Of a stretch of DNA of 64,000 nt, positions 17,865 through 27,869 are shown piece by piece. Each line of letters starts with the position of its first letter. The stretch's first letter is position 1. Where the stretch lies: positions 1 through 64,000 of IMG/VR virus record IMGVR_UViG_3300037634_004069; one strand, 5' to 3'. This DNA comes from a virus (taxonomy: Duplodnaviria; Caudoviricetes). Below the pieces are notes generated by a model. It did no database searches and was not told where the DNA came from. It was given only the letters and a program-made list of their open reading frames with translations. The position numbers were made by a program, and so were the translations under genes.

Positions 17865-18944
17865 ATGGAAGGGAAAGAAACACCTGATAACGACGGTCTA
17901 GACATTGAGTTTGATATAGCATCTATTGAAGATACTGTAGAGGCTCCAGAAAAGACTGAAGAAACAGAAGAAACTACAGAAACAGTAGAGGCTAAAGAAG
18001 ATCTAAAAGACATAGATAAACCTGAAACTTTAGAAGCTTCAGAGCCAGAGCCTGTAGTAGAAGAACCAGTTGCAGAAGAGACTAAGGAGGAAGATTCTTC
18101 TGTAGTGTCTGAAATAATTTCAAAACTGGGTTATGAAATAGACGGAGACTTTGAAGATTCTACTGAAGGCATTGTAGAGCTTACTAAAAACGTAAGTGAA
18201 AAAATGGCTGAAGAAACTTTAGATACTATTTTCAATGCGCATCCATCTGTAAAAAGACATCTTGATTTTGTAATGAATGGTGGAGACGCCAATCAATTTA
18301 TGGACGCTCAAAAAGAAACAGATTATGAATCTGTAGAAGTAAGAGAGGATGATAAAGCATCTCAAAAAAAGATTCTTACAGATTATTTTGTAGCACGAGG
18401 AGATGATAAAGCTTTTATTGGAGATATGATAGAAGCATATGAAGATAAAAATGCACTTTTTCAAAAAGCAAATCAAGCTAAAGAAGCTCTTGCCGGAGCA
18501 CAGAAACAAAAGCAAGATAGAATGCTTGAAGAGCAACGTGCTTTTGCAGAAAAACAAAGAGAAGAATCTCAACAAATTTGGAATAGCGTAAAAGAAACTG
18601 TTAAGTCTTCTTCTAATCTTTCTGGATTACCTATTTCAGAAAGAGATAAATCTAAATTCATTTCTTATATATCAGATCCAGTTACCAAAGATGGTAGAAC
18701 ACAGAGAGATCTAGATACAGAGAAAATGAGTTTAGATCAAAAACTTGCTGCAGACTATTTCTTATATAAGAAGGACTTTGCAAAATTTATTAATACTAAA
18801 GGTAAAACTGAGGCGGCTAAATCATTAAAAAATCGTCTTAAATCCAATAGCACAGGGAAGGTGAAAGGAGGAAAGTCAAATCCAAATTATAAAGGGGGAG
18901 GAAACTCTCAGTTTGATGACTTGGATGTTGGCGGACTATTTTAA
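17865..18944 (+). CDS. Probable capsid scaffolding protein
   Basis: Very acidic, disordered N-terminus, coiled coil and basic C-terminus; directly upstream of the MCP as in crAss-like phages. Confidence 0.6.
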   Translation: MEGKETPDNDGLDIEFDIASIEDTVEAPEKTEETEETTETVEAKEDLKDIDKPETLEASEPEPVVEEPVAEETKEEDSSVVSEIISKLGYEIDGDFEDSTEGIVELTKNVSEKMAEETLDTIFNAHPSVKRHLDFVMNGGDANQFMDAQKETDYESVEVREDDKASQKKILTDYFVARGDDKAFIGDMIEAYEDKNALFQKANQAKEALAGAQKQKQDRMLEEQRAFAEKQREESQQIWNSVKETVKSSSNLSGLPISERDKSKFISYISDPVTKDGRTQRDLDTEKMSLDQKLAADYFLYKKDFAKFINTKGKTEAAKSLKNRLKSNSTGKVKGGKSNPNYKGGGNSQFDDLDVGGLF

Positions 18945-18971
18945 TAAGTAAAAACTATAAATTAACAACAA

Positions 18972-20423
18972 ATGATTTCATCTAATATCGGAGGATCGAA
19001 TATCTCAGTACAGAGGACGATCTACAATGATTCCCAAATGACAGACATGAACAGTCTGTCTAATGCTATGTTGAACACACCAACAGAACTTTCACCTATT
19101 ATTACTCACCTAGCTGGTAAGGACGACATGCGATTCCCTCTATCTTTTCTTTCTGAAGGAATGGGTAACGCAAAGTCTATCGACAATCTAGAGTTCGAAT
19201 ATCGTATTCAGACTCGTAAATTGATGACTCGCCCTGTGCATACAACTAACGCTGGATCTAACCTAGGTCAAGGAGGAGCTACTTTCGAGTTGGTATTCCC
19301 AGACAAATGGTTCGTATTCCCTTACGTTCTTGTAAACGGAGTAGGAGAGCAAGTTCGTATCATGGAAGAGCCAGTTGAATCTATCAGTGGTGGTTCTTAT
19401 GTATACAGAGTACAACTTGTAAACCCTGACAGTGCAGCAGTTCTTACTTCTGGATTTACAGCGGGAGACCTATGGGCTCAGTTGTTTGCACCTGTTGGAG
19501 TTGATTTCTCTCGTGGAAATGCTTCTAACTGGCAAGCACCAGGTAAAGTTCGTAACAAGCTTACTACAATTCGTAAGTCTTACCACATGTCTGGTAACGC
19601 TAAAGATTATGTAGCTGAGTTTACTCTACCAAAGAAAGGTGGTTCTACTACTAAACTTTGGATGGACTACGAAGAGTACCAACACATGCTTTCTTTTAAA
19701 GAAGAGTGTGAGATGTACTACTGGTACGGACAACGTACTTATGGTGCTGATGGTGTAGTAAACATGAAAGACGAAAATGGTCAGCCAGTTGTTATCGGCC
19801 CAGGATTGCTTGAGCAGATTATCAACCAAGAGACTTATTCTAGTCTTACAGAGACTCACTTGAAAAACATCATTGGTGACCTTTTCTATGGTATGACTGA
19901 TGCTAACAAAAAGCAAGTAAATCTTTATACTGGTACAGGAGGTATGCGTGAGTTCGATGAAGCTCTTAAAAATCACTTCGGTGGAAACACTTGGAAAGTA
20001 AGTGGAGAGACTCGATTCATCACTGGATCAGGACGTAACCTAGGACTTACAGGATACTTTAAATCTTACGAGCATATTGATGGACATTCTGTGAATGTTA
20101 TCAAATTGCCATTGTTCGATCATGGTCCTGTTGCTCGTGCACGTTCACTTCACCCAGTAACTGGATACTCTCTTGAATCTTACAGAATGGTATTTGTAGA
20201 CCAGTCTTCTTACGACGGTGTATCAAACCTTCGAATGATCAACAAGAAAAATCGTGAATATTTGAGATGGTGTGTAGCCGGATCAGTAGTTCCACGAGGA
20301 TTTGACGCTAATATGAGCAGAGCATCTGATGTAGATGGTGCTTCAGTTCACATGCTTAAAACAGCAGGTATTTCACTTGGACGATTCGACACTAGCTTGG
20401 ATCTTCAGTGTACTGCTAGCTAA
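18972..20423 (+). CDS. Major capsid protein (crAss-like, HK97 fold)
   Basis: 483 aa with FPLSFLSEG, NQ-like KVRNKLTTIRKS, GPGLLEQI, YTGTGGMREF and ASDVDGASVHMLKTAGI, followed by a terminator-like hairpin. Confidence 0.88.
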   Translation: MISSNIGGSNISVQRTIYNDSQMTDMNSLSNAMLNTPTELSPIITHLAGKDDMRFPLSFLSEGMGNAKSIDNLEFEYRIQTRKLMTRPVHTTNAGSNLGQGGATFELVFPDKWFVFPYVLVNGVGEQVRIMEEPVESISGGSYVYRVQLVNPDSAAVLTSGFTAGDLWAQLFAPVGVDFSRGNASNWQAPGKVRNKLTTIRKSYHMSGNAKDYVAEFTLPKKGGSTTKLWMDYEEYQHMLSFKEECEMYYWYGQRTYGADGVVNMKDENGQPVVIGPGLLEQIINQETYSSLTETHLKNIIGDLFYGMTDANKKQVNLYTGTGGMREFDEALKNHFGGNTWKVSGETRFITGSGRNLGLTGYFKSYEHIDGHSVNVIKLPLFDHGPVARARSLHPVTGYSLESYRMVFVDQSSYDGVSNLRMINKKNREYLRWCVAGSVVPRGFDANMSRASDVDGASVHMLKTAGISLGRFDTSLDLQCTAS

Positions 20424-20439
20424 TAGCATATAAAACTCC

Positions 20440-20467
20440 GCAGGGTGGGCTTTCGGGCTCACTCTGC
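20440..20467 (+). terminator. GC-rich UUCG-loop hairpin after the MCP
   Basis: GCAGGGTGGGCT TTCG GGCTCACTCTGC. The G-U wobbles work on the plus strand; there is no immediate U tract. Confidence 0.55.
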
Positions 20468-20532
20468 CCCTTCCCGGGGGTAGTTATTCTTTTTAACCCA
20501 GGGAATTTTAATTATAAATCTGGAAAGAACCT

Positions 20533-21432
20533 ATGACAACAAAAGCAAAGGCAAAATCTGCCACAAAAAAATCGGAAGAAACGGTAACCGAAAAAAAATC
20601 ACCGGTAAGGGAAGTAGAATACGGAACTCATAAAGTTTATCTCCGTAGACGTCCAATTTTAAATCATCTACCTAAAGAAGTAAGAGCCGAAGCAGTATCA
20701 AAACTGTCTAGCGTTTTTGTAAATAGACAACCTTTAAAAGGTTTGTCAGGCGCAGATGAAAAAAAATATTTAGCAGGAGTTCTAGATGTAGACCCTGATG
20801 ATAGAGATTGGTCTAAATATGTTCGACGATTCTGGGCAGAACTACGAATTGCAGTAGGATTTTCTGGTAAAGAATTGGAAATAGGAACAGATGAAGACGG
20901 ATCCCCACTAAACCTTCTTGATTTTATACACTATAGTTTTGCAAAAAAACATTCTTTGGTAGCAGACTCCGAAGCAGAAATGCTAAAAGACCCTAGAAAA
21001 AGGTTCTTTATTATGGATCCTAGAAAAGAAGTTAAAACTAAAAACAACTCTGTTCAAACAGCTAAACGTGCAGACAGAGAGTTTATAAAAGCAACAGAAG
21101 ATCTTGAACGTATGAGAAATCTTTTACAGGTTTTAGGTACGGTTAAAGTAGAGAATTTTGATACAGAGAGCATTGAAAACATGCTTTATGATATCAAACA
21201 ATCTACCCCTAAGAAATTCTTAGAGGCTGCTTTAGATGAAAATCTAGATATAAGAGCAGAAATAGCATCTTTTCTTTCTTCAAGTACTATTCAAAAAATG
21301 GGGACGACTTTAGTTCACATGAATGATACTATTGCAAATAGTGAGGAAGAAGCTATTATATTCTTTAAGAATCCAAAAAATTCAGGTCTCTTAAATATTT
21401 TAAGGTCCAAACACCGTGAAGCCATTCGATGA
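20533..21432 (+). CDS. Conserved crAss-like protein downstream of the MCP (function unknown)
   Basis: 299-aa ORF in conserved position; FWAELRIAV and EEEAIIFFKNPKNS motifs. Confidence 0.6.
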   Translation: MTTKAKAKSATKKSEETVTEKKSPVREVEYGTHKVYLRRRPILNHLPKEVRAEAVSKLSSVFVNRQPLKGLSGADEKKYLAGVLDVDPDDRDWSKYVRRFWAELRIAVGFSGKELEIGTDEDGSPLNLLDFIHYSFAKKHSLVADSEAEMLKDPRKRFFIMDPRKEVKTKNNSVQTAKRADREFIKATEDLERMRNLLQVLGTVKVENFDTESIENMLYDIKQSTPKKFLEAALDENLDIRAEIASFLSSSTIQKMGTTLVHMNDTIANSEEEAIIFFKNPKNSGLLNILRSKHREAIR

Positions 21433-22577
21433 ACGTACTTGAAATGCACATAGCCTTAAAGCAAGGCGTAGATAAGATGCACTCTGAAAGAAGTGATCAA
21501 CTTCGAACAGAGGAAATTGATATTGAGCTTAACAAGGCTATGATGCGTTTTATTAATCAGAGGTACGGGAGAAACAATATCTATAAAAAGGGATTCGAAG
21601 AAAGTCAAAAAAGAATTGATGAACTTCGGTCCCTTATTGTAGAATACTCTGATATAGTAAACTTTAAAGAAGAGATTATAAATGGTAAAATCTGGGCAGA
21701 TTCTTTTGAGTTTCCTTCAGATTACATGTACCTAGTAAATCAAAGGTCTACTGTTCATTTAAATAATTGTAAACCTTTAGAGCCAAATTCAGTTACACAA
21801 GAAACTTTGCCAAGCATATACTATTTTGTATTTAGTCTTGAACAATTCTTTGTACAAAACAATGAATTTCTTGATGAAATAAGACTTGTTAATCCGGTTA
21901 CAAATCAAAGTGAATTGGTATGGGAACCTTCTCCAGAGCTTATTGCTTCAGGATACACCCCAAATTCTTACCCGCAAAATGTTAATGCTGTAGTAAATGA
22001 CATGTTTGAACATGTGCAACTAGGATTTTCTATACATTGGCAGTCATACGGGCCTTTAACATTTCCAAGTCAGTTTATAGTTGTTGTAGATCCAGAAGTA
22101 CACCCTTGGTTTCAATGGGATGCTTCTTTAGGTGATATAACTCCTCTATATGCAAATGATTCTACTGGAACCATGATAAATGAGATAGCTCCTAGAGTAG
22201 ATGATAGGAGTGGTCAAGTAAGAAGGATACCTACGGTAGATACTACAAAAACTCAAGTGTTTAATAAGTTCTCACAATTAGATGATGTATACCGTCTTTT
22301 AGATGATCCTTTTAACACTACTACAGAAAATTCTCCTCTTACAACTATTAGAGATAACTATATAGATATCTACACAAGTGCTATATTTATAATAGATAGT
22401 GTAAAAATTACCTACATTAGAAAACCTTTACCTATATCATTACCTTTGGGATATAATTGCGAGCTACCAGAGCACACACATCAAGAAATAATTGCAATGG
22501 CAGTCTCCTCAATATTAGAACAACTTAGTGATCCCAGATATAAAACGCAAATGGGGGAGCTTATGAATCGCGAATAA
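21429..22577 (+). CDS. Tail ring / head-tail adaptor-like protein
   Basis: N-terminal MHIALKQGVDK...EEIDIELNKA and C-terminal ITYIRKP...CELPEHTHQEIIAMAV resemble crAss ring proteins, with a central insertion. Confidence 0.6.
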   Translation: MNVLEMHIALKQGVDKMHSERSDQLRTEEIDIELNKAMMRFINQRYGRNNIYKKGFEESQKRIDELRSLIVEYSDIVNFKEEIINGKIWADSFEFPSDYMYLVNQRSTVHLNNCKPLEPNSVTQETLPSIYYFVFSLEQFFVQNNEFLDEIRLVNPVTNQSELVWEPSPELIASGYTPNSYPQNVNAVVNDMFEHVQLGFSIHWQSYGPLTFPSQFIVVVDPEVHPWFQWDASLGDITPLYANDSTGTMINEIAPRVDDRSGQVRRIPTVDTTKTQVFNKFSQLDDVYRLLDDPFNTTTENSPLTTIRDNYIDIYTSAIFIIDSVKITYIRKPLPISLPLGYNCELPEHTHQEIIAMAVSSILEQLSDPRYKTQMGELMNRE

Positions 22578-22596
22578 TAATTAAAAATTTAAAATC

Positions 22597-23574
22597 ATGC
22601 GACAACTATTAGTATCTAGCGCAGCCACTCCAACTGTTTCAAATGGATTGTACCCTTCGGGATCTGTAGCTATTGAAAAAATGGATCTTAGTAATCCAGC
22701 TCAAAACTCGACTGCTCTAGCAGCGGGAGAATTTTACCCAGATGCACCAAAAATTCGTTTTGTACAAGGTACAGGAACAACATCTGGAACAAACAAAAAT
22801 ATTTCAACTCCATGGATTGATGGTAGAGATATCGTTGCTTGGAAAGGCGAAAGCTTTGTAGATCAAGTAGCTCAATCTGTAGTTCACACTGTAACAACTG
22901 TTCCTACAGCAGCTGGAGAAATCTCTGTAAAACTTACAGACTTCGGTGTAGGACAAGCACAATTTGAAAGAAAAGGAGCAACTATCAGTGTTTCAGCTAG
23001 TGAAGCTGTTGCTACTGTAGCTCTAAAGCTTGTAAAAGATCTTCTTTCTTGGGTGGGTGCTAGTGATCCTTCTACAGGTACATACTATGCTATTCCAGGA
23101 ATGAAAAATATGGAGCTTCAGTATACTGGTGCTGCTATCACTTTCAGAGGTAAGACATTCTCTCTTACTAACAACACTGATATGGCAAGATTCAAAGTTT
23201 CTTCTGAAGGAATGGACGGATCTAATGGAACTACTTTCCCTGCAACTAGCCCACAGGATCCAGTTATTGGATACGGAAACGCAGAGCTTCTTGCACAGTA
23301 CGAAGAAAGTCTTCAAGGAGACCGATCTTTTTACAACCGAGTTCGACAGCCAAACACTCCAACTGCTTTTATCGACAGAGCTACTCCAACTGAGTATGAT
23401 GTTTATAGCCTTGTTTATAGAAACGGAGCTGCTGGTCAAATTAATGGTGTAGATAATCTACGTAACATTACTATTGCATTTAGACAAGGACAAGCCGAAG
23501 GAGCTGTTTTTGAAGGTTTGATCAATGGCTGGATAGCTACTACTCCAGGAGCTTTTGGACCAGTTGCACTTTAA
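22597..23574 (+). CDS. Probable auxiliary capsid / structural protein
   Basis: Thr/Ala/Gly-rich 325 aa with IGYG...L..YEE and YDVYSLVY; third gene after the MCP as in crAss-like synteny. Confidence 0.45.
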   Translation: MRQLLVSSAATPTVSNGLYPSGSVAIEKMDLSNPAQNSTALAAGEFYPDAPKIRFVQGTGTTSGTNKNISTPWIDGRDIVAWKGESFVDQVAQSVVHTVTTVPTAAGEISVKLTDFGVGQAQFERKGATISVSASEAVATVALKLVKDLLSWVGASDPSTGTYYAIPGMKNMELQYTGAAITFRGKTFSLTNNTDMARFKVSSEGMDGSNGTTFPATSPQDPVIGYGNAELLAQYEESLQGDRSFYNRVRQPNTPTAFIDRATPTEYDVYSLVYRNGAAGQINGVDNLRNITIAFRQGQAEGAVFEGLINGWIATTPGAFGPVAL

Positions 23575-23599
23575 TATTAATTGATAAAAATTAGAAACT

Positions 23600-24091
23600 A
23601 TGTCTAAAAATCCACGTTTTAATAAATTCGTAGCACAAGCTACATGGGATATAGGTAAATCTGGCACACTAACTGCTGGAGCCGCTTCCCACTCTGCATC
23701 TTCAGGATCTGTTTACATTCCTGATGGAGCACTTATCACTAAAGCATACTACCACGTAGAAACTACTGTGGGAGATGATGGTGACGATTCTACAACTCTA
23801 GCTCTAGGTTATACTGGTGCTACAGGAGCATTCGTTGCTGCAATTGCTATCAGTGATGCTTCTAATGTATATGATGCAGGTACTCATGGTACTCTAGTAG
23901 GAATGGGCGCAGCACTTGGTGCTGATGCAGCTCATGACACTGCACTTGAAGTTATTGCTTTGAATGCAGCTACTATGATTGCACTTACAGATCGTAAAGA
24001 ACTTCTTCTTACAAAAGCAAATGACCACGCTATCGATGCTGGTAAATTGCACTTGTTTGTAGAATATGTTCAGACTCCTGACTTGGCATAA
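23600..24091 (+). CDS. Probable head decoration-like structural protein
   Basis: IPDGALITKAYYHVETT...TTLALG...GKLHLFVEY is a jelly-roll-like pattern; followed by a strong terminator. Confidence 0.5.
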   Translation: MSKNPRFNKFVAQATWDIGKSGTLTAGAASHSASSGSVYIPDGALITKAYYHVETTVGDDGDDSTTLALGYTGATGAFVAAIAISDASNVYDAGTHGTLVGMGAALGADAAHDTALEVIALNAATMIALTDRKELLLTKANDHAIDAGKLHLFVEYVQTPDLA

Positions 24092-24117
24092 GTCAGAGTA
24101 ATTGATTAACTTTAGAG

Positions 24118-24154
24118 ACCGGAGGGGGAAGTGTCCTCCTCCGGTTTTTTATTT
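24118..24154 (+). terminator. Rho-independent terminator
   Basis: ACCGGAGGGGG...CCTCCTCCGGT followed by TTTTTATTT. Confidence 0.8.
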
Positions 24155-24166
24155 AAAATAAACGGT

Positions 24167-24667
24167 ATGAGTGCAAATGCAACTATTACAGGGGACTGTA
24201 AATACATAAGCCTTGTTCTTAGCGGGGCTCAAGGTGCGGCTTCAGTTTTAATATCAAACGGAGGAATTTCGCACAGTTTTAATGTTACTTTACCTGCAAA
24301 CGAAGCTGCATATCATACTGTAGTAAGCCTAGAAGCTGTTTCATTATCTTCTGATGGTATTTTTGAAATAACAGTAACTGATAGCGCCGGCACAATTCAT
24401 GAAGCAGGCACATTTGGAAAGTGCTCTCTTAACTGCTGTATAGCTAAGAAAGTAGATTCTCTTTTAGGCTGTGATTGTGATTGTAAGAAGTGTGATGCTA
24501 AACTTATAACTGCAGAAAGAGTCTTACTCTTAATTACGGGTATAGAAACAGATCTGGCTCAATTAGGAGAAGATAGCTCTGTTAATGCAGGGTTATTTGA
24601 AAATGCAAAGAAAAAATACAATAAAGCTCTCGAACTTTGTTCTGATAGCTGTGGATGTAGCTGCTAA
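24167..24667 (+). CDS. Cys-rich tail-associated structural protein
   Basis: The ATG at 24167 is preferred because the track's GTG at 24131 lies inside the terminator stem. NCCIAKKV...CDCDCKKC...CSDSCGCSC. Confidence 0.7.
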   Translation: MSANATITGDCKYISLVLSGAQGAASVLISNGGISHSFNVTLPANEAAYHTVVSLEAVSLSSDGIFEITVTDSAGTIHEAGTFGKCSLNCCIAKKVDSLLGCDCDCKKCDAKLITAERVLLLITGIETDLAQLGEDSSVNAGLFENAKKKYNKALELCSDSCGCSC

Positions 24668-27600
24668 TGGGAAAACCAAAATATATAGGAGGCCTTACTG
24701 GAAACAACGACGGCAATTTTTGGATCGGACTATCATACTCTTTAGAGGACGGATATGATAAAGTCACTAGAGTAGAAGATATATCCGAAGATAGTTATGG
24801 AGTAGGAACAGTAACTAATAAGTACTATAAAGATAGAATCTATATATTCTATAAAGACTTTGATAACTCTATAGACTCTAGAAAACTTAAAATCTATTTT
24901 GAATCAGGAGATGTGGAACAGATATCTGTATTTGTTCCTACAAGTAATAAGAAAGTAGACAATGCAGGAGATGAGTATTCTAGCTCTAAACTTTTTAATT
25001 CTTCAGAATTTTTAGATTATAGATTAGAAGTAACTTATGGTACAGGAAAAAGTATGGCTGGAAACTATGCTATGCTTCCTATTAGTGACCCTTACGGTAA
25101 ATTTTCTTATGATAAAGCATGGTCACATAGTGAACCCGGATCTTTAGTAACTTTTAATGGATCAATACTAAATACACTTGATCCAGATGTTACTCATATG
25201 GGTAAACCTTTTGTAGGGCCATTACCTCAATTTGTAATGTTTGCTGCTGTACTTGATGATTCTAAAGATTATTTAGAGGCAGGAGATGTTTGGGGTGAAG
25301 TATTTGATGCTAATAGCACTGTACCTACAATAACATCTTTTATTTGGACAAAGGATATACCTGAAAAACCAACCACTGTTAAAAAAACATTTGAGGTTTG
25401 TGCAGATCCTACATCTCCAAGTTATTATAAGACTACAAAACAAGATACATCAGGAGCTACTATAGATGATAAATATCTAAAAGGTTTAATTCCGGCGTTA
25501 TTTACTAGTGGAGCTTGTGCAACAGATACTTCAGGATTTGAAGTAGTAGTTGATGTTACGGATCCTTATAGAGATGAAGACGGTACTATTACTGTTACTG
25601 TTTTAGGAACTAATACTACTCCAGTTCAAAGTGAGTGGGAGAAGCAAAGCCTATATTTACAAGATAAAGCACCTACTACTACGCTTCTTGGAACTCAATT
25701 TTTCACTTGGGAATTAAAAGTACCAGGAGGAATTCAAGCGCCTAGTACCACTATAACAAATGGTAAAGCAGCTGCACCCGTAACTTTTACAGGGATAAAA
25801 ACAGCAAATGCCCCTTATACTGTAGAAGTAACTGAAACAGCTACAGGAGGAAAAATCACTATACCTGTAAATATACAGGAAACGTCTACAAATTCTAAAA
25901 CTAAAACAGATAGGGGAGGAGATATATATTTTTGTCATAAACCAACTGCTATAAATTATATAGGATACCCCAACCCAACTGGTAATGACCAAGATCCCGG
26001 ACAAATTTGCATCGAATGTTTAGATAAAGATGCGGATGGAGTGTATGAATACACTATAGGAGATGTTCCATCTAGCCAACCAATACTAGTAAACGCAGGA
26101 AGTAATTTTGTAAATGAAACTTCTGAGGGGGCTGGTGACGGTTCTATTATATTTAATGCTAATTATAATAGTGCTTTAGCTCCTAATTTAGGTCAATTTT
26201 TTACCAATGGGTTTGATGTAAACTTATATACTACTACAGGAGTATCTGGACCAAGTAACACCTTTATCTATGGTACTACAGGAGCAAGTTCCCCTAGTTA
26301 TACATTTAATAATTTAGCAGATGGATGGTATGTAGTTGAAGCATCTCCTGCAGGATGGAATTGTCCTACAAAGTTTTATTTTCAAATTGGATATGGCGAA
26401 TCTCCACAAGAATGTGTTACTTCAGCAAATTTTTCAATAGATCCATGCTCAGGACAAACAAGTATATCTGTAGAAACAGCTTATGATTCTTTACCAGAAT
26501 CAGGACTTGGTATAAATTACGGAGTTTATACAGAGGTAATAAGCCCCACTGGAGAGTCTGTTCTTTTCCCAGTAAGTGATCCTATTGTAAATATAGGTGA
26601 TACTTTTATTATACATATAAATTTTTGGAGTAATAATCCTCTAAATTGTAATAATTCTGAAGTAACACATATAGTTACAGAGGCAGATAGAAACTGCAGT
26701 ATTTTAGAAGGATATCCTATTGGGTGCATGGATCCTACAGCAATTAACTTTGACCCAAGCGCAGTAATAAGCAGTGGGCAATGTGTATATGAAACTGTAG
26801 GATGTACTGATGTTTCAGCTTTAAACTATGACAGCAGTGCAAGTGTATCTTGTGAAAATTGCTGTTATTATTGTGAAGACCAACTTATAACAGGAGTTAC
26901 AGTGGCATCTAACATACCTACTTTAACTTGGTTTGGAACAGCGCCGGCTGTATATGATGTATCTTGGGAAAGCACTTCAACAGGAACTGTAATAGAAACT
27001 GAAAACACTTTAACAGGTCCTTATTTAGTAGATGGGGCTTATACAGTTACAATAACTGATGCTAATGGCTGTATTCAAACATATGCATTTGGAATAAATA
27101 CCACTCTTATATATGGGTGTATGGATCCTAATGCAGAGAATTTTAATCCTGCAGTCAATGTTCCTTATGGTACTCTAGGAGAACCAGGAGATACTTTTTC
27201 TACAAATTGTACTTATAGATTAGAACCTTCTCCGTGTGTTCCTACCAGTTTAGGAACTATACAAAGTAATTTAGATGTGTGCTTTAGTGATAAAAGTAAT
27301 AAGTATCTCACACTGCTAAAGTCAGGGAGGTTAACTCCCTGCAATGAAGCAGTTATAAGAAGACTTTCACTTATAAAATATTTACTCTCTCAAAGAGACT
27401 TAGAATGTGTTTATAATTGTTCAGATTCTTTATCCCCCGCACTTAGTGAAACTTCACGAGGAACATCTTGTACTTCAAAATGGTCAGAAGGAGGTCCCTC
27501 TGGGGAATCTCTTATATGGTCAGCTACAGCAGGTTATCAATGGGGGGATGTAGTAAAACATCCAGTGAGTGATAATATTTACACAATGATTCTTGGTATA

Positions 27601-27852
27601 TATGCTATAGGATCTGATCCGGAAACTATAATAGGAGATCCTTATTGGGAATATTGTAGGTCTGTTGACGCACCTTCAGATAATACAAATAGGTTAGATA
27701 AATACATGGCCTATATAAATGAAAATTGTAAAGACTGCAATCTTAAAGATGTAACGTCTACAGATTCAGAACCAGTTTCAACAAGTGATTCACCAACAAC
27801 TATAGACGGTGAAATAATAGAAATAGAAGGTGGAGGAATAGATCTCCCATAA
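24667..27852 (+). CDS. 1061-aa tail/fibre-associated protein with SprB-like beta repeats, GCxDP repeats and a CBM5/12-like module
   Basis: DGTITV / DGSIIF...NNLADGWYVV / GAYTVTITDANGC; GCMDPTAINF, GCTDVSALNY, GCMDPNAENF; WSATAGYQWGDVVKH...YWEYC. Confidence 0.6.
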   Translation: MGKPKYIGGLTGNNDGNFWIGLSYSLEDGYDKVTRVEDISEDSYGVGTVTNKYYKDRIYIFYKDFDNSIDSRKLKIYFESGDVEQISVFVPTSNKKVDNAGDEYSSSKLFNSSEFLDYRLEVTYGTGKSMAGNYAMLPISDPYGKFSYDKAWSHSEPGSLVTFNGSILNTLDPDVTHMGKPFVGPLPQFVMFAAVLDDSKDYLEAGDVWGEVFDANSTVPTITSFIWTKDIPEKPTTVKKTFEVCADPTSPSYYKTTKQDTSGATIDDKYLKGLIPALFTSGACATDTSGFEVVVDVTDPYRDEDGTITVTVLGTNTTPVQSEWEKQSLYLQDKAPTTTLLGTQFFTWELKVPGGIQAPSTTITNGKAAAPVTFTGIKTANAPYTVEVTETATGGKITIPVNIQETSTNSKTKTDRGGDIYFCHKPTAINYIGYPNPTGNDQDPGQICIECLDKDADGVYEYTIGDVPSSQPILVNAGSNFVNETSEGAGDGSIIFNANYNSALAPNLGQFFTNGFDVNLYTTTGVSGPSNTFIYGTTGASSPSYTFNNLADGWYVVEASPAGWNCPTKFYFQIGYGESPQECVTSANFSIDPCSGQTSISVETAYDSLPESGLGINYGVYTEVISPTGESVLFPVSDPIVNIGDTFIIHINFWSNNPLNCNNSEVTHIVTEADRNCSILEGYPIGCMDPTAINFDPSAVISSGQCVYETVGCTDVSALNYDSSASVSCENCCYYCEDQLITGVTVASNIPTLTWFGTAPAVYDVSWESTSTGTVIETENTLTGPYLVDGAYTVTITDANGCIQTYAFGINTTLIYGCMDPNAENFNPAVNVPYGTLGEPGDTFSTNCTYRLEPSPCVPTSLGTIQSNLDVCFSDKSNKYLTLLKSGRLTPCNEAVIRRLSLIKYLLSQRDLECVYNCSDSLSPALSETSRGTSCTSKWSEGGPSGESLIWSATAGYQWGDVVKHPVSDNIYTMILGIYAIGSDPETIIGDPYWEYCRSVDAPSDNTNRLDKYMAYINENCKDCNLKDVTSTDSEPVSTSDSPTTIDGEIIEIEGGGIDLP

Positions 27853-27869
27853 CTTTTAATATTGAAAAA

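Noticed and set aside
7628-20423. Introns or inteins in terminase, portal or MCP
   Set aside because: The frames are continuous and of ordinary length, with no intein-like C-terminal HN-[CST] block or LAGLIDADG/HNH insert recognised.
24131-24166. GTG start of the track ORF 24131..24667
   Set aside because: It lies in the terminator stem; the ATG at 24167 after an A-rich tract fits better.
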